This document shows positions 1 to 9,443 of a stretch of DNA of 64,000 nucleotides, one piece after another. The stretch's first letter is position 1. Each line of letters begins with the position of its first letter. Made by a program: the position numbers and the translations under genes. The notes under the pieces are model-generated. The model was not told the origin of the DNA, made no database searches, and saw nothing but the letters and a program-made list of their open reading frames with translations. Source of the stretch: Vulcanimicrobiales bacterium (GTDB taxonomy: Bacteria > Vulcanimicrobiota > Vulcanimicrobiia > Vulcanimicrobiales > Vulcanimicrobiaceae). The DNA is taken from assembly GCA_038215615.1 (NCBI GenBank), contig JBBQQR010000002.1:81743-145742 (forward strand), read 5' to 3'.

Positions 1-581
1 ATGCGCGATTCTTTCACGGATCGCCAGAACGCATTCGCACGCTCCAAGATTACGTGCCGTTCTTTGCCGCCGAACCGCTCGCGTTCAAGCCTGGAACGAG
101 CCAGATGTATTCCAACGGCGGATTCCTCGTCTTAGGACTCATCATCGAAAAAGCGAGCGGTCAAGACTTTTATTCTTACGTCAAGGTGCACATATTCGAC
201 CCGGCCGGGATGACGAGCACGTCGTATCCGGCGATCGATCAGGTGCTTCCAAATCGGGCGCTCGGTTACACGCGCCAGTGGAGCGAACTGGTAACATATC
301 GCACCGAACTACGCCCGGCGGTGCAGGGCGAGCCGGGGCGCGGGAGTTCGGCGGGCGGCGCATTTTCAACCGCCGGCGATCTCTATAAATTTTCACAAGC
401 GCTGCAAAACGGATCGCTCGTGAAGGGCCGGTACGAATGGAACGGCCCGGGAAATTTCTATGCGGGCGGAACTCCCGGCTGGAACGCCGCGCTGGATATC
501 GAAAAAGGATCGACAACCATCGTGCTGGCCAATCTCGATCCGCCCGCAGCGGAAAACCTTGTAGAAAACCTTCAGCCGTAA
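1..581 (+). CDS. Serine hydrolase, beta-lactamase/AmpC family (5' truncated by window edge)
   Basis: Frame is open back to the window start. Contains a YSN motif (PGTSQMYSNGGF), IFDPAGM, SAGGAFSTAGDL and C-terminal AGGTPGWNA...IVLAN. Confidence 0.85.
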   Translation, partial: ARFFHGSPERIRTLQDYVPFFAAEPLAFKPGTSQMYSNGGFLVLGLIIEKASGQDFYSYVKVHIFDPAGMTSTSYPAIDQVLPNRALGYTRQWSELVTYRTELRPAVQGEPGRGSSAGGAFSTAGDLYKFSQALQNGSLVKGRYEWNGPGNFYAGGTPGWNAALDIEKGSTTIVLANLDPPAAENLVENLQP

Positions 582-608
582 CTCCAGGAGGCCCTCGATC
601 CTTTCGCA

Positions 609-1298
609 ATGTTGAATCGCCGTTCGCGTGTTCTGATCGTCGAGGATGATGTGAAGACGTCGGAAACGGTTGCGCTCTACCTGCGTTCAGCGGGTTACGA
701 TGTGGCGCAATCGTTCGACGGCGAGGCGGCGTTGGAGAAGGCACAGGCCTGGGAGCCCGACCTCGTCGTGCTCGATCTCATGCTGCCCAAAGTGAGCGGA
801 CTTGATGTTTGTGCAAGATTGCGCGTCGGCGGCGACGTGCCGGTCATTATGTTGACGGCCAGAACCACCGAAACGGATCGCCTGCGCGGACTTGAATCGG
901 GAGCGGACGACTACGTCAGCAAACCGTTTAGTCCGCGAGAGCTGGTGGCGCGGGTGAAGGCGGTCATGCGCCGCCGCACCTCTGTCGCGCACGAGCGCGT
1001 GAGCTTCGGCGAGGTCGAGATTGACGCCGGAGCTCGCGACGCACGCGTGAACGGCGCGCCGCTGTCACTGACGCCAACTGAATTCGGCCTGCTGTTCGCG
1101 CTGTGCCGCCAGCCGAAAATCGTGCGAACGCGCGACGACCTCATTGCTGAGGTTATCGGTTTCGATTACGAGGGTACCGAACGAACGATCGACGTGCACG
1201 TTCGCAACTTGCGTCGGAAAATCGGCGACGCCGGCGGCCGCCGCACGCACATCCGTGCCGTGTTCGGCGCAGGGTACAAGATCGATTCCGATGCGTAG
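609..1298 (+). CDS. OmpR/PhoB-family DNA-binding response regulator
   Basis: Receiver motifs (VEDD, LDLMLP, GADDYVSKPFSPREL) plus winged helix (RTIDVHVRNLRRKI, VFGAGY). Confidence 0.95.
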   Translation: MLNRRSRVLIVEDDVKTSETVALYLRSAGYDVAQSFDGEAALEKAQAWEPDLVVLDLMLPKVSGLDVCARLRVGGDVPVIMLTARTTETDRLRGLESGADDYVSKPFSPRELVARVKAVMRRRTSVAHERVSFGEVEIDAGARDARVNGAPLSLTPTEFGLLFALCRQPKIVRTRDDLIAEVIGFDYEGTERTIDVHVRNLRRKIGDAGGRRTHIRAVFGAGYKIDSDA

Positions 1299-2670
1299 CC
1301 TGCGCTTTCGTCTGCTCGTCGCGATAACGCTCGTTGCGGCGATCGCACTCATCGCGGTGGGGTTGTTTTCTACGCGGAGCACACAGCTTGAATTTCAGCA
1401 TTTGCAGAGGCCGGCTGCGGCTACAGTTCCCGCTGGAGCGCTTTCCGCCGCGCAAAAATGGTACGAAAGCCATCATTCGTGGCTGCACGTTGACTCCGTC
1501 CTGCGGTTACCGCACGCGCAGCTCGTGCTGTTCACTATGCAAGGGCGGTTCGTCGCTGCGTCAAATCCGGCCGTGCGTGAAGCGACGCTCGCAATCGGAA
1601 GCGAGCCGGTAATCCGCGTGAGCGTAGTCCGTCCGGGTCCGCTCAGCCAAGAAGAGCAACTCGTTTTACGCAATCCACCCGGTGCTGTCGTGCGTAATCG
1701 TTCGGGCACGGCGATCGCAATGCTTTACGCAATACCCCTGCCGGCGGTACGCGGCCAGAGTCCGGCGGCAATGCTGAGCCGTCAGTTGTGGCTCGCCATT
1801 TTATGCGTGCTCCTGGCCGCATTTGGCGCCGCGTGGCTACTAGCGGGGCAAATTCTCTCTCCCGTGTCGGCTTTGAGCGAGGCGACGGCGTCAATGCAAA
1901 GCGGAGATCTTTCCCGCCGCGTCACCGTAAGCGGACCTAAGGAGATCGCGCAGTTAGCGCAGCGTTTCAACGATCTTTCCGCGCATCTCGAGAGGTCGGA
2001 AGCGCTGCGTAAGCGCATGATCTCCGACATCGCTCACGAGCTGCGCAGTCCGCTCACAAATATTCGCGGCATTGTCGAGGCTTTGGAAGACGGACATCTG
2101 GCCGTCAATACTTCGACGTTGCGTTCGCTCGGCGAAGAGGCAGCGTTTCTTTCGCATCTTGTCAACGATCTGCAAGATCTCTCACTTGCCGACGCCGGAC
2201 AACTGAAATTCCAGATGAACGATGTGGCGGTGGACGAATGCGTGCAGGCTGTGGCCGACTCCCTGTCTTCGGCTGCGCGCGAAAAAAACGTAGAGATCTG
2301 TATCCTTTCACAGCAATCCGTACACATTAGAGCCGATGCAACGCGCGTACGGCAAGTCATCAACAATTTGCTCACCAACGCGATTAGGCTGGCTCCCGCG
2401 CACTCTGCGATAAGAGTCTCGGTCGATGCCGACAAGGATGCGGTCCGCATCGAGATTTGCGATGAGGGTCCCGGCATAAAAGACCAGGAGTTGGATGCAA
2501 TCTTCGAGCGGTTTTATCGGGCCGATGAATCGCGTTCGCGCACGGATGGCGGTGCGGGTCTAGGTCTTGCGATCGTTAAGCAGCTCGTTGAGGCGCACGG
2601 CGGTTCCGTCCGGGCGGTGAATAACGCCGAACGCGGCGCAACATTTTCATTTACATTGCCCAGAGGCTAA
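1291..2670 (+). CDS. Membrane sensor histidine kinase (HAMP-HisKA-HATPase, BaeS-like)
   Basis: ATG 1291 overlaps the regulator end. Two TM segments, H-box DIAHELRSPL, N-box NLLTNA, G boxes DEGPGI and GAGLGLAI. Confidence 0.93.
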   Translation: MRSLRFRLLVAITLVAAIALIAVGLFSTRSTQLEFQHLQRPAAATVPAGALSAAQKWYESHHSWLHVDSVLRLPHAQLVLFTMQGRFVAASNPAVREATLAIGSEPVIRVSVVRPGPLSQEEQLVLRNPPGAVVRNRSGTAIAMLYAIPLPAVRGQSPAAMLSRQLWLAILCVLLAAFGAAWLLAGQILSPVSALSEATASMQSGDLSRRVTVSGPKEIAQLAQRFNDLSAHLERSEALRKRMISDIAHELRSPLTNIRGIVEALEDGHLAVNTSTLRSLGEEAAFLSHLVNDLQDLSLADAGQLKFQMNDVAVDECVQAVADSLSSAAREKNVEICILSQQSVHIRADATRVRQVINNLLTNAIRLAPAHSAIRVSVDADKDAVRIEICDEGPGIKDQELDAIFERFYRADESRSRTDGGAGLGLAIVKQLVEAHGGSVRAVNNAERGATFSFTLPRG

Positions 2671-3201
2671 TAGCACATCGAGCAACTCGTCAGGCGATTC
2701 GGCGGACGAAAAGAGCATGCGGTGACGCACCGTCACGAAGCCTTCGCGCACCATGTTATCGAAAAGCGCAATCAGATCGTCGTAATAGCCGTACGCATTG
2801 AGTAAGCCGACGGGTTTGTCGTGAATCTGCAGCAGCCGCCATGTCAAGATCTCGCAGAACTCGTCCATCGTTCCGAAACCCCCGGGCAGCGCGATGAACG
2901 CGTCGCTCAGGTCTGCCATCAACGCTTTGCGTTCGTGCATGCTGTCCACGATGTGAAGTTCGGTCAGCCCGTCGTGCGCGATCTCCCGGCCGGAAAGCGC
3001 TTGCGGGATCACGCCGATCACTTCGCCTCCGGCCGCCAGCGCGGTGTCGGCGAGAACGCCCATCAACCCGACCCGGCCGCCGCCATAGATGACGCCCATG
3101 CCGCGTTTGACGATCGCGCTTGCGGTGAGGATTGCAGCGTCGATGTAACGCGCATCGCCGCCGGATTGTGAGCCGCAAAATACGCCGACACGGGAAGGCA
3201 T
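2647..3201 (-). CDS. LOG-family nucleotide phosphoribohydrolase
   Basis: VFCGS, YGGGRVGLMG, MHERK and PGGFGTMDE signature motifs. Confidence 0.93.
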   Translation of the reverse strand: MPSRVGVFCGSQSGGDARYIDAAILTASAIVKRGMGVIYGGGRVGLMGVLADTALAAGGEVIGVIPQALSGREIAHDGLTELHIVDSMHERKALMADLSDAFIALPGGFGTMDEFCEILTWRLLQIHDKPVGLLNAYGYYDDLIALFDNMVREGFVTVRHRMLFSSAESPDELLDVLLASGQCK

Positions 3202-3251
3202 GGCGGGCGGTTTGGCGGGGCGCGGCCGTGCGCCTGCCGTAGAACCGGAAG

Positions 3252-3692
3252 ATGGAATATCGTTTGTTCGGAGCGCGTGAAGTTCCGCGGCGTTTCGTGC
3301 TGGTCTTCGAAACCGGCGACGATGTGATGGCCGAGATGCAGCGCTTCGCCGAAGAGCAGAACGTTATGGCCGCTTTTTTTAAGGGCCTAGGCGGTCTTCA
3401 ACGCGCCACGGTCGGATTTTACAACCTCGATCAGCAACGGTACGAGCCGATCGAAGTCGACCAGCAGGTGGAACTGCTCTCACTGCTCGGCAACGTTTCG
3501 ATTTACGACGGGAAACCGAAGCTGCACATCCACTGCACGGTTTCGTACCGCGACGGACACGCCGCCGGCGGACATCTGCTGCAAGCAACGGTCCGCCCCA
3601 CGCTGGAAGTCGTGTTGGACGAACTTGCCGGCAATTTGCATCGCACGGACCGTCCGGAGATCGGCATCCCGCTACTCGATCTGACGCACTAA
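3252..3692 (+). CDS. PPC-domain (DUF296) protein
   Basis: ELLSLLGNVS, LHIHCTVS and AAGGHL motifs. Confidence 0.88.
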   Translation: MEYRLFGAREVPRRFVLVFETGDDVMAEMQRFAEEQNVMAAFFKGLGGLQRATVGFYNLDQQRYEPIEVDQQVELLSLLGNVSIYDGKPKLHIHCTVSYRDGHAAGGHLLQATVRPTLEVVLDELAGNLHRTDRPEIGIPLLDLTH

Positions 3693-3706
3693 TTGGGGAA
3701 GACACG

Positions 3707-4195
3707 ATGCGCAAACTCGTAGTCCTTGGATGTATGTGGATGCTGGGCGCATCCCCGGCCGCGGGCGTAGACGTGCATTCGATGTTTGCGAAGATCGCGC
3801 CGGGTCTGAAAGCGCGCGTCAAAATCGCGCTCTTGCTTCCCACGCGCTTACCGGCGACGTTCCAGGGTGAGAAAATCTTTCCGATCGTGGATCACGCCAC
3901 GGCGAGCGAGTACGCGGTCGATATCGCGTTATCGCCGGATTGCCGGGGAGAACGCGCGTGCAGCGAGGGGTTCGTATACGGCTCCAAGTTTGCGTTCAAA
4001 ACCGGCGATGTTCCGTCCGGCGGAACGCCCGTGCATTTAACGAGCGCCATCGTCGCGTTGTACCATCGATCGTTGGTGGGCGCGCACGCATCCGACGCGT
4101 ATTTGTCTTGGAGAACGAAGGACGCGAAATACGCGATTGCGTTGAACACCGGATCGCTCGCGGACATCTTAGTGGCCGCGCGCAGTATGCGCTAG
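3707..4195 (+). CDS. Secreted hypothetical protein
   Basis: Signal peptide (..ASPAAG), a Cys pair, and it follows the PPC gene after 14 nt. Confidence 0.65.
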   Translation: MRKLVVLGCMWMLGASPAAGVDVHSMFAKIAPGLKARVKIALLLPTRLPATFQGEKIFPIVDHATASEYAVDIALSPDCRGERACSEGFVYGSKFAFKTGDVPSGGTPVHLTSAIVALYHRSLVGAHASDAYLSWRTKDAKYAIALNTGSLADILVAARSMR

Positions 4196-4197
4196 GG

Positions 4198-5571
4198 TTA
4201 GGCCAGCACCAACTGCTCGTCGCCGGCGCCCGCCTGACGCAGCGCTTCGTGAATCATCCGGTCTTGGATTTCTTTGACGGCCCAGCGCGCTTGCGCGTCG
4301 GGTGAGAGGCGATCGATCGGGTCGAAATACATGAAGGCTTTGCCCGGCTTCACGCTCGGAGCTGCGTAGACCGCGATACCGTTTTCGCGGTCGTAGTATT
4401 CGAAGCTGTGCACGTCACGTTTTCCGCCGCCACCGGGCGCATCGCAGACGAAGGTCGGTGAGTTAAATCCGGCGGTGCTGCCGCGCACGAATTTTTCGAC
4501 GTCGATGGCAGTTTGCACGGTCGTGCGCAGATCCTCGACGCCTTTCACCATGTCGTGCATGTAGACGTAATACGAATGGACGTTGACGTAGCTGAGGCGT
4601 TTGACCAGCAGCTGCATTCGCTCCGCAACGTCGTTGACGCCGCGAATCAGCACGGATTGATTGCGTACGAAGACACCGCGCTCGAATAGAACGCTCATCG
4701 CTTTTTCCGTGATCCACGTGATTTCTTCGGGGGCGTTGAAGTGCGTGTGCAGCACGACGTCTTTGCCGAGTCTGCGCCCGCGTTCGACGACGCCGACGAT
4801 CGCGTCGACCCAGGCCGGATCGGTGAGGAGCTTCATTGGCATGATCGCCGGACCTTTTGTTGCAAAGCGCATGCGGCGCACGTGCGGGATGTCCAGCAGT
4901 GCGTTTCCGATTAGCTCGACGTTCTTCGGAGGCAACTGGTAGACGTCGCCGCCCGATATGACGATGTCCTCAAGTTCGGGCCGGCTCGCGATGTAGGTGA
5001 AAGCATCATGCCACTGTTTGGGCGTTCGCGCGAGCTCAATTTTGTCGACTTCCTCGGTATCGGGGCCGATCGCATAACTGCGCGTGCAAAACCGGCAGTA
5101 CACCGGACAAACCGCGAGTGGGAGAAAGAGCGCTTTATCCACGTAGCGATGGACGAGCCCCGGCACCGGCGAATCTGCCTGTTCGTGCAGCGAGTCGAGC
5201 ACGAGCCGCGGATGATCGGGCAAGAACGTGCTCTTAACCGGAATGAATTGGCGGCGGATCGGATCGCCGTACGGGTCGTTCCAATCGATCAACGAGATCG
5301 CGTACGGCGAAACGCGAACGGCCATCGGCGCGTGCGCGAACCCGGCGCGCGCGTCTTCGATGAACTCCGCCGACGCGAGGCTTTCGATCGTTTGCAGCAG
5401 TTCCTCGGCTGTTTTGACCGAGTGCTTCTGTTGCCACAAATGATCGAGAAACGTTTTCTCATCGACGCCCTTGTAAGCCGGAACGTGCCGCCAGAATTCG
5501 CCCTGCTTCAGATTTTTGAAGTCAAAGTACTCGGGGCCGACCGGGGGCTTGGTATGAAGCACGGTATTCAT
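4198..5571 (-). CDS. kamA: KamA-family radical SAM/PLP lysine 2,3-aminomutase
   Basis: CPVYCRFC cluster motif, HRY, SGGD, NQSVLIRGVND and DAPGGGGK PLP-lysine motif. ATG 5571 overlaps the kdd stop (ATGA). Confidence 0.88.
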   Translation of the reverse strand: MNTVLHTKPPVGPEYFDFKNLKQGEFWRHVPAYKGVDEKTFLDHLWQQKHSVKTAEELLQTIESLASAEFIEDARAGFAHAPMAVRVSPYAISLIDWNDPYGDPIRRQFIPVKSTFLPDHPRLVLDSLHEQADSPVPGLVHRYVDKALFLPLAVCPVYCRFCTRSYAIGPDTEEVDKIELARTPKQWHDAFTYIASRPELEDIVISGGDVYQLPPKNVELIGNALLDIPHVRRMRFATKGPAIMPMKLLTDPAWVDAIVGVVERGRRLGKDVVLHTHFNAPEEITWITEKAMSVLFERGVFVRNQSVLIRGVNDVAERMQLLVKRLSYVNVHSYYVYMHDMVKGVEDLRTTVQTAIDVEKFVRGSTAGFNSPTFVCDAPGGGGKRDVHSFEYYDRENGIAVYAAPSVKPGKAFMYFDPIDRLSPDAQARWAVKEIQDRMIHEALRQAGAGDEQLVLA

Positions 5572-6644
5572 GAGAGCCTCTCCGCGGGACGCGCGAACGC
5601 GTAGTATGTATTGAAATAGGCGTGAACGGCCGGGTTGTCGCGCACGGTCTGCAACGCAATTGCGGCGTGATCTTTGGTATAGCCGTTGCCGATGAGCATC
5701 GTTACCTCTTTCCCGACGCCTTCGGCTCCGAGCGCCGCTGCCGTGAACGAAGTGTTCATCGAAAAGAAGTAGACGGTGCCCGAATCCTTCGCGCAGAGGA
5801 TCGAAGCGAGCTCCGTGCCGTCGACGTTCACGCAGTTGACCACGAGATCGGCAAGCCCGGGCGCTGTTTTCGAAATCTGCTCGGAAACCCAGAGCGCGTC
5901 GCGCGCGTCGGCTTCCAGGAACGTGTCGACGATGCGTTCCGACGTCAGCAAGGCTGCCGATTCCGTGTTTGCGCGCGGAGCGACACCGATAAGCGTTCCG
6001 GAATTGCCCAAACGGGCGCGAGCCCGCGCGCACGCCAGCATGCCGGACTTGCCGTCTGCGCCGATCACGACGACGGTCATGCCGGGGCGCACGAGTTTGT
6101 CGATCTGCGCGGGCGCGCCGGCAACGTCCAGAACGGCAAGCGCGACGCCGGGATCGATATCGTCCGGTAATTTCGACCACGACGCGGATTCGAAGAGTAT
6201 CGCCGTGCCGCGCACGGACACATGACCGCTGGCGAGCTGCACGCTCTCGATTGCATCTAAGCGCAGCGGGGTTAGCGTCAGCGAAACGAGCGACGCGATC
6301 GCGTCACCTTCGCGCAAATCGATCCCGCGCAAGTCTTGGCCGATCTCGCGGACGCGCCCGACGAACATGCCGCCGCTTCCCGTTATGGCATTGTGCTGTT
6401 TGCCGCGCTCGCGCACGGTCGCCAAAATGTGTTCGGTAATTTTTTGTTCGTCGTCGGCGCAAAGGGCGCGAATCTGCGCGAACGATGCCGAGTCCAGGTT
6501 GAGCGCATCGACGTCGCAGAGAATCTCGTTCGCGAACGGAACCGGCGTATCGTCGAGCTTCCACGCATTTTGCGGCATGGCGCCCGGCGGAGCGATCACG
6601 CGGTGCGCGCCAAAGCGATGACCCGCCTTTCTTGAAATCGTCAT
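5568..6644 (-). CDS. kdd: L-erythro-3,5-diaminohexanoate dehydrogenase
   Basis: GAHRVIAPPGAMPQNAWKLD, LNLDSASF, RGKQHNAITGSGGM, SLVSLTLTPL and AAALGAEGVGK...IGNGY match Kdd. Adjacent to kamA. Confidence 0.88.
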   Translation of the reverse strand: MTISRKAGHRFGAHRVIAPPGAMPQNAWKLDDTPVPFANEILCDVDALNLDSASFAQIRALCADDEQKITEHILATVRERGKQHNAITGSGGMFVGRVREIGQDLRGIDLREGDAIASLVSLTLTPLRLDAIESVQLASGHVSVRGTAILFESASWSKLPDDIDPGVALAVLDVAGAPAQIDKLVRPGMTVVVIGADGKSGMLACARARARLGNSGTLIGVAPRANTESAALLTSERIVDTFLEADARDALWVSEQISKTAPGLADLVVNCVNVDGTELASILCAKDSGTVYFFSMNTSFTAAALGAEGVGKEVTMLIGNGYTKDHAAIALQTVRDNPAVHAYFNTYYAFARPAERLS

Positions 6645-7126
6645 GTGACCGATATTCCGCCGCGCTCGAACGGGGTCGAGAGGACGATGGTCGTTTTCGT
6701 GCGGGCCATACCGGGCACGCTCTTCAGGCGCGAAAGCATTTCGTCCAAGTGCGCGGTCGAGCGCGTCATAACTTTGAGAACGAACGACTCCTCGCCGGCC
6801 ACGCTGTGAATCTCGGAAATCTCGGGCATTGCGGTGAGGGCGGCGATAAACGCGTCGTAGCTGCAGTCGGGCGCGGTATAGCAGCCGACGAACGCGACGA
6901 GTTCCAAGCCCAAAAGTTTGCCGTCAAGCTGGGCGGCGTATCCGCGCACGTAGCCGCGGCTCTCCAGCCGCTTGACGCGGTCGTGCACCGCGGACGCCTT
7001 CAGGCCGACGGCTTCGCCGAGATCGGCAAAGGTCGAGCGGGCATTGCTTTGCAGCGCAGCGAGCAGCCGGAGGTCGAGCTCGTCGAGTCCGCTTGAGTCA
7101 GTGCTACCGTTCGGAGTTTTGTTCAT
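6641..7126 (-). CDS. Lrp/AsnC-family transcriptional regulator
   Basis: LDELDLRLLAALQSNAR HTH and C-terminal RAM domain. Stop overlaps the kdd start. Confidence 0.93.
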   Translation of the reverse strand: MNKTPNGSTDSSGLDELDLRLLAALQSNARSTFADLGEAVGLKASAVHDRVKRLESRGYVRGYAAQLDGKLLGLELVAFVGCYTAPDCSYDAFIAALTAMPEISEIHSVAGEESFVLKVMTRSTAHLDEMLSRLKSVPGMARTKTTIVLSTPFERGGISVT

Positions 7127-7130
7127 AAGG

Positions 7131-7158
7131 CCGAATAATCTTCGGGAAAACTATTCTA
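7131..7158 (-). promoter_or_regulatory. Candidate -10 box (TAGAAT) and palindromic operator CCGAA-N5-TTCGG upstream of lrp
   Basis: Palindrome at 7131-7145 and TAGAAT on the minus strand at 7153-7158. Confidence 0.4.
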
Positions 7159-7224
7159 CTACCGGAGGACGTCCGGCGCAACAGCGTCGCGGGTTGGTCG
7201 GAACGCCCCCGAGAACGCCCTGCC

Positions 7225-8856
7225 ATGCGCAATCTCTGGGCCTTATGTATTGCGGGCGCGCTGCTGAGCGGCTGTTCGCGCAGCGGCGCGGGCTCTGCGG
7301 AGTCTCAGCCCAGCCCTCCGGCGCACCGCATGGCGAGCGCCGTCAGATTCGACTTGGCAGCCGATCCGAGCAATCTCAATCCGCTGTTCTTGCACCAGGA
7401 CGCCTCGTCCGTCGAGCAGCAAGTGGCGCGGCTTTCGTTCGAACCTTTCATCGATTTCGATCCTGCGGGGCATGAGATTCCCGAGTTGCTTTCGCGCGTG
7501 CCCTCCCAAGCCAACGGCGACGTCTCTCGTGACGGGCGCACGATCGTTTACCGCTTGCGCCCGAACGTGCGTTGGAGCGACGGTGTTCCGGTGACGTCCG
7601 GCGATGTACTTTTTACGCTTCGCGCGATTCTCGACCCGGCCAACCCGGTGCCGTCACGAGAGGGCTACGACTTGATCGATCGTGCGCAGGCGCGCGGTCC
7701 GCTCGCCGTCGTCTTTCATTTGAAACGCGCGTGGGCGCCGGCCGTCGACACGTTCTTTTCCTACGGCTACCGTCCGCAGTTTGTCTTGCCGGCGCACGTT
7801 TTGCGCACACAGGAACCGCTCGGTCAGGCGCCGTTCAATGCCGCGCCAACCGTCGGCGACGGACCCTACACGTTCGTTTCATGGCGGCGCGGAGAGTCGC
7901 TGCTCTACGTTGCTAACCCTCGGTACTGGCGCGGCGCTCCTCGCGCGCCACGGTTGGATGTTCGCATCGTCCCCGATCCCGCGACGAACCTCGTATTGCT
8001 GCAGTCGCGCGAGCTCGATTGGAACCTGATCGCGCCCGTGCAGCAAAACGTATTGCGTTCACACCCCGAAATCGTCTACCGGTACGAGCCGACCAGCGTG
8101 GTGGCCGGCTTGGTCATGAACCTGTCGCGCGCTCCGCTGAACGATCTGCGCGTACGGCGCGCGCTCGCAATGTCAATCGATCGCCGCGCCATCAGCCGCA
8201 AAATTACGCTGGGCCGTTATCCCGTCACGGATGTACTCCAGCCGCTGTTCTCGTGGGCGGTCGATCCATCGGTGAAGGAACCGCAGTACGATCCGCGCGG
8301 CGCGGATGCGCTCCTAGATGCTGCCGGCTGGCGCCGCGGCTCCGACGGCATGCGCAGCAAGGCCGGCCAAGGGCTAACGCTTCTCTACGTTCAGTTCAAA
8401 GAGACCGCGACCGGGATGCGTGCCGCCACGATGGCGCAAGCGGAACTCCGGCAGCGCGGCATCGACGTGCAAATGAAAACGATCAGCAGCGCTCAGCTGT
8501 TCTTGCCGCGTACCGGCGTCTTGGCGAGCGGCAATTTCGATGTGGCCTACGTCCCTTTCACGATGGGATCCGATCCGGACGACTCTTCGATCTTGCGCTG
8601 CGGCGCGCCGAGCAACTACATGCGTTACTGTAATCGCGCGATTGACGCGCTCGAGACCGCTGCGCTGATGTCGCCGTCGCGCCCTGCGCGCAAAGTTTTG
8701 TACAGCCGGATCGAACGGCTGGTCGCTCGAGACGTTCCGATCGTGTACCTTTTCAATGCGAACTATATCTACGCTTACAGAAAAGCGTTGAACGGATTTT
8801 ACCCCAACGCGTTCTTGCCGACGTGGAACGCGTACAGTTGGCATCTGGGGCAATGA
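7225..8856 (+). CDS. Peptide/nickel ABC transporter substrate-binding lipoprotein (family 5)
   Basis: Lipobox LSGC, WSDGVPVTSGDV, GDGPY and RRALAMSIDR. Confidence 0.9.
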   Translation: MRNLWALCIAGALLSGCSRSGAGSAESQPSPPAHRMASAVRFDLAADPSNLNPLFLHQDASSVEQQVARLSFEPFIDFDPAGHEIPELLSRVPSQANGDVSRDGRTIVYRLRPNVRWSDGVPVTSGDVLFTLRAILDPANPVPSREGYDLIDRAQARGPLAVVFHLKRAWAPAVDTFFSYGYRPQFVLPAHVLRTQEPLGQAPFNAAPTVGDGPYTFVSWRRGESLLYVANPRYWRGAPRAPRLDVRIVPDPATNLVLLQSRELDWNLIAPVQQNVLRSHPEIVYRYEPTSVVAGLVMNLSRAPLNDLRVRRALAMSIDRRAISRKITLGRYPVTDVLQPLFSWAVDPSVKEPQYDPRGADALLDAAGWRRGSDGMRSKAGQGLTLLYVQFKETATGMRAATMAQAELRQRGIDVQMKTISSAQLFLPRTGVLASGNFDVAYVPFTMGSDPDDSSILRCGAPSNYMRYCNRAIDALETAALMSPSRPARKVLYSRIERLVARDVPIVYLFNANYIYAYRKALNGFYPNAFLPTWNAYSWHLGQ

Positions 8857-8866
8857 AGGAGCAACC

Positions 8867-9400
8867 GTGATCGCAACGGCCATTCGCACCATTCTCACCA
8901 ACCTCGAACTCGTGCTCATTATCGTGGCGATTGGCGTGACGATTCTCAAGCTGCGTCGGGCGAAGTTGCACCGGACCGTCATGACGCCCGGTTACACGCT
9001 CTGGGGCGAGTTGCTCTTCTACGGAGCCGGTTTCGGATTTTTATGGGCGGGAATTTTCCACGCGTTTTTTCAGCAGACTGCGGCATCGTCGATTGGGTGG
9101 CAGCCCAGTCCGTTCGAATGGGAGCTGGCGTGGGCGGAGTTCGGCGTCGCGCTGATCGCGCTACTCTCGCTCGGCCGCGGTTATGAGATGCGGTTGGCGG
9201 TGACTATAGTACTTTTCATGTTTTCAGCCGGCGCCGCGGTCCAGCACATTCATCAAATGCTCTGCTGCCAGAACTACGCGCCTGGAAATGCCGGCACGAT
9301 CCTCTGGATTAACGATATCGCGCTACCGCTGCTGCTGCTGTATTTGGCGTTCGCGTCACGCGACGCATACGAACGCAGCATCCGCGCCGGTATACACTAA
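8867..9400 (+). CDS. Integral membrane protein (DUF6790-like)
   Basis: SD AAGGAG, several TM helices, and IGWQPSPFEWE and NYAPGNAG motifs. Confidence 0.65.
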   Translation: MIATAIRTILTNLELVLIIVAIGVTILKLRRAKLHRTVMTPGYTLWGELLFYGAGFGFLWAGIFHAFFQQTAASSIGWQPSPFEWELAWAEFGVALIALLSLGRGYEMRLAVTIVLFMFSAGAAVQHIHQMLCCQNYAPGNAGTILWINDIALPLLLLYLAFASRDAYERSIRAGIH

Positions 9401-9443
9401 ACGAAGCTCGTTTCGGCGTTAAATAAGCTAACTTGGCTGAGAG

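Noticed and set aside
4198..5571. KamA as EF-P modification enzyme EpmB or glutamate 2,3-aminomutase
   Set aside because: It is coupled to kdd with no efp/epmA nearby, and the acidic substrate-binding residues of lysine-type enzymes appear retained.
4198..6180. 660-aa KamA with a long N-terminal extension; similarly extended MurE (31243), MurG (37786), Alr (48261), kinase (1144) and CvpA (63302) ORFs
   Set aside because: The extensions are off-frame shadows of the upstream gene in GC-rich DNA. True starts overlap or lie beside the upstream stops.
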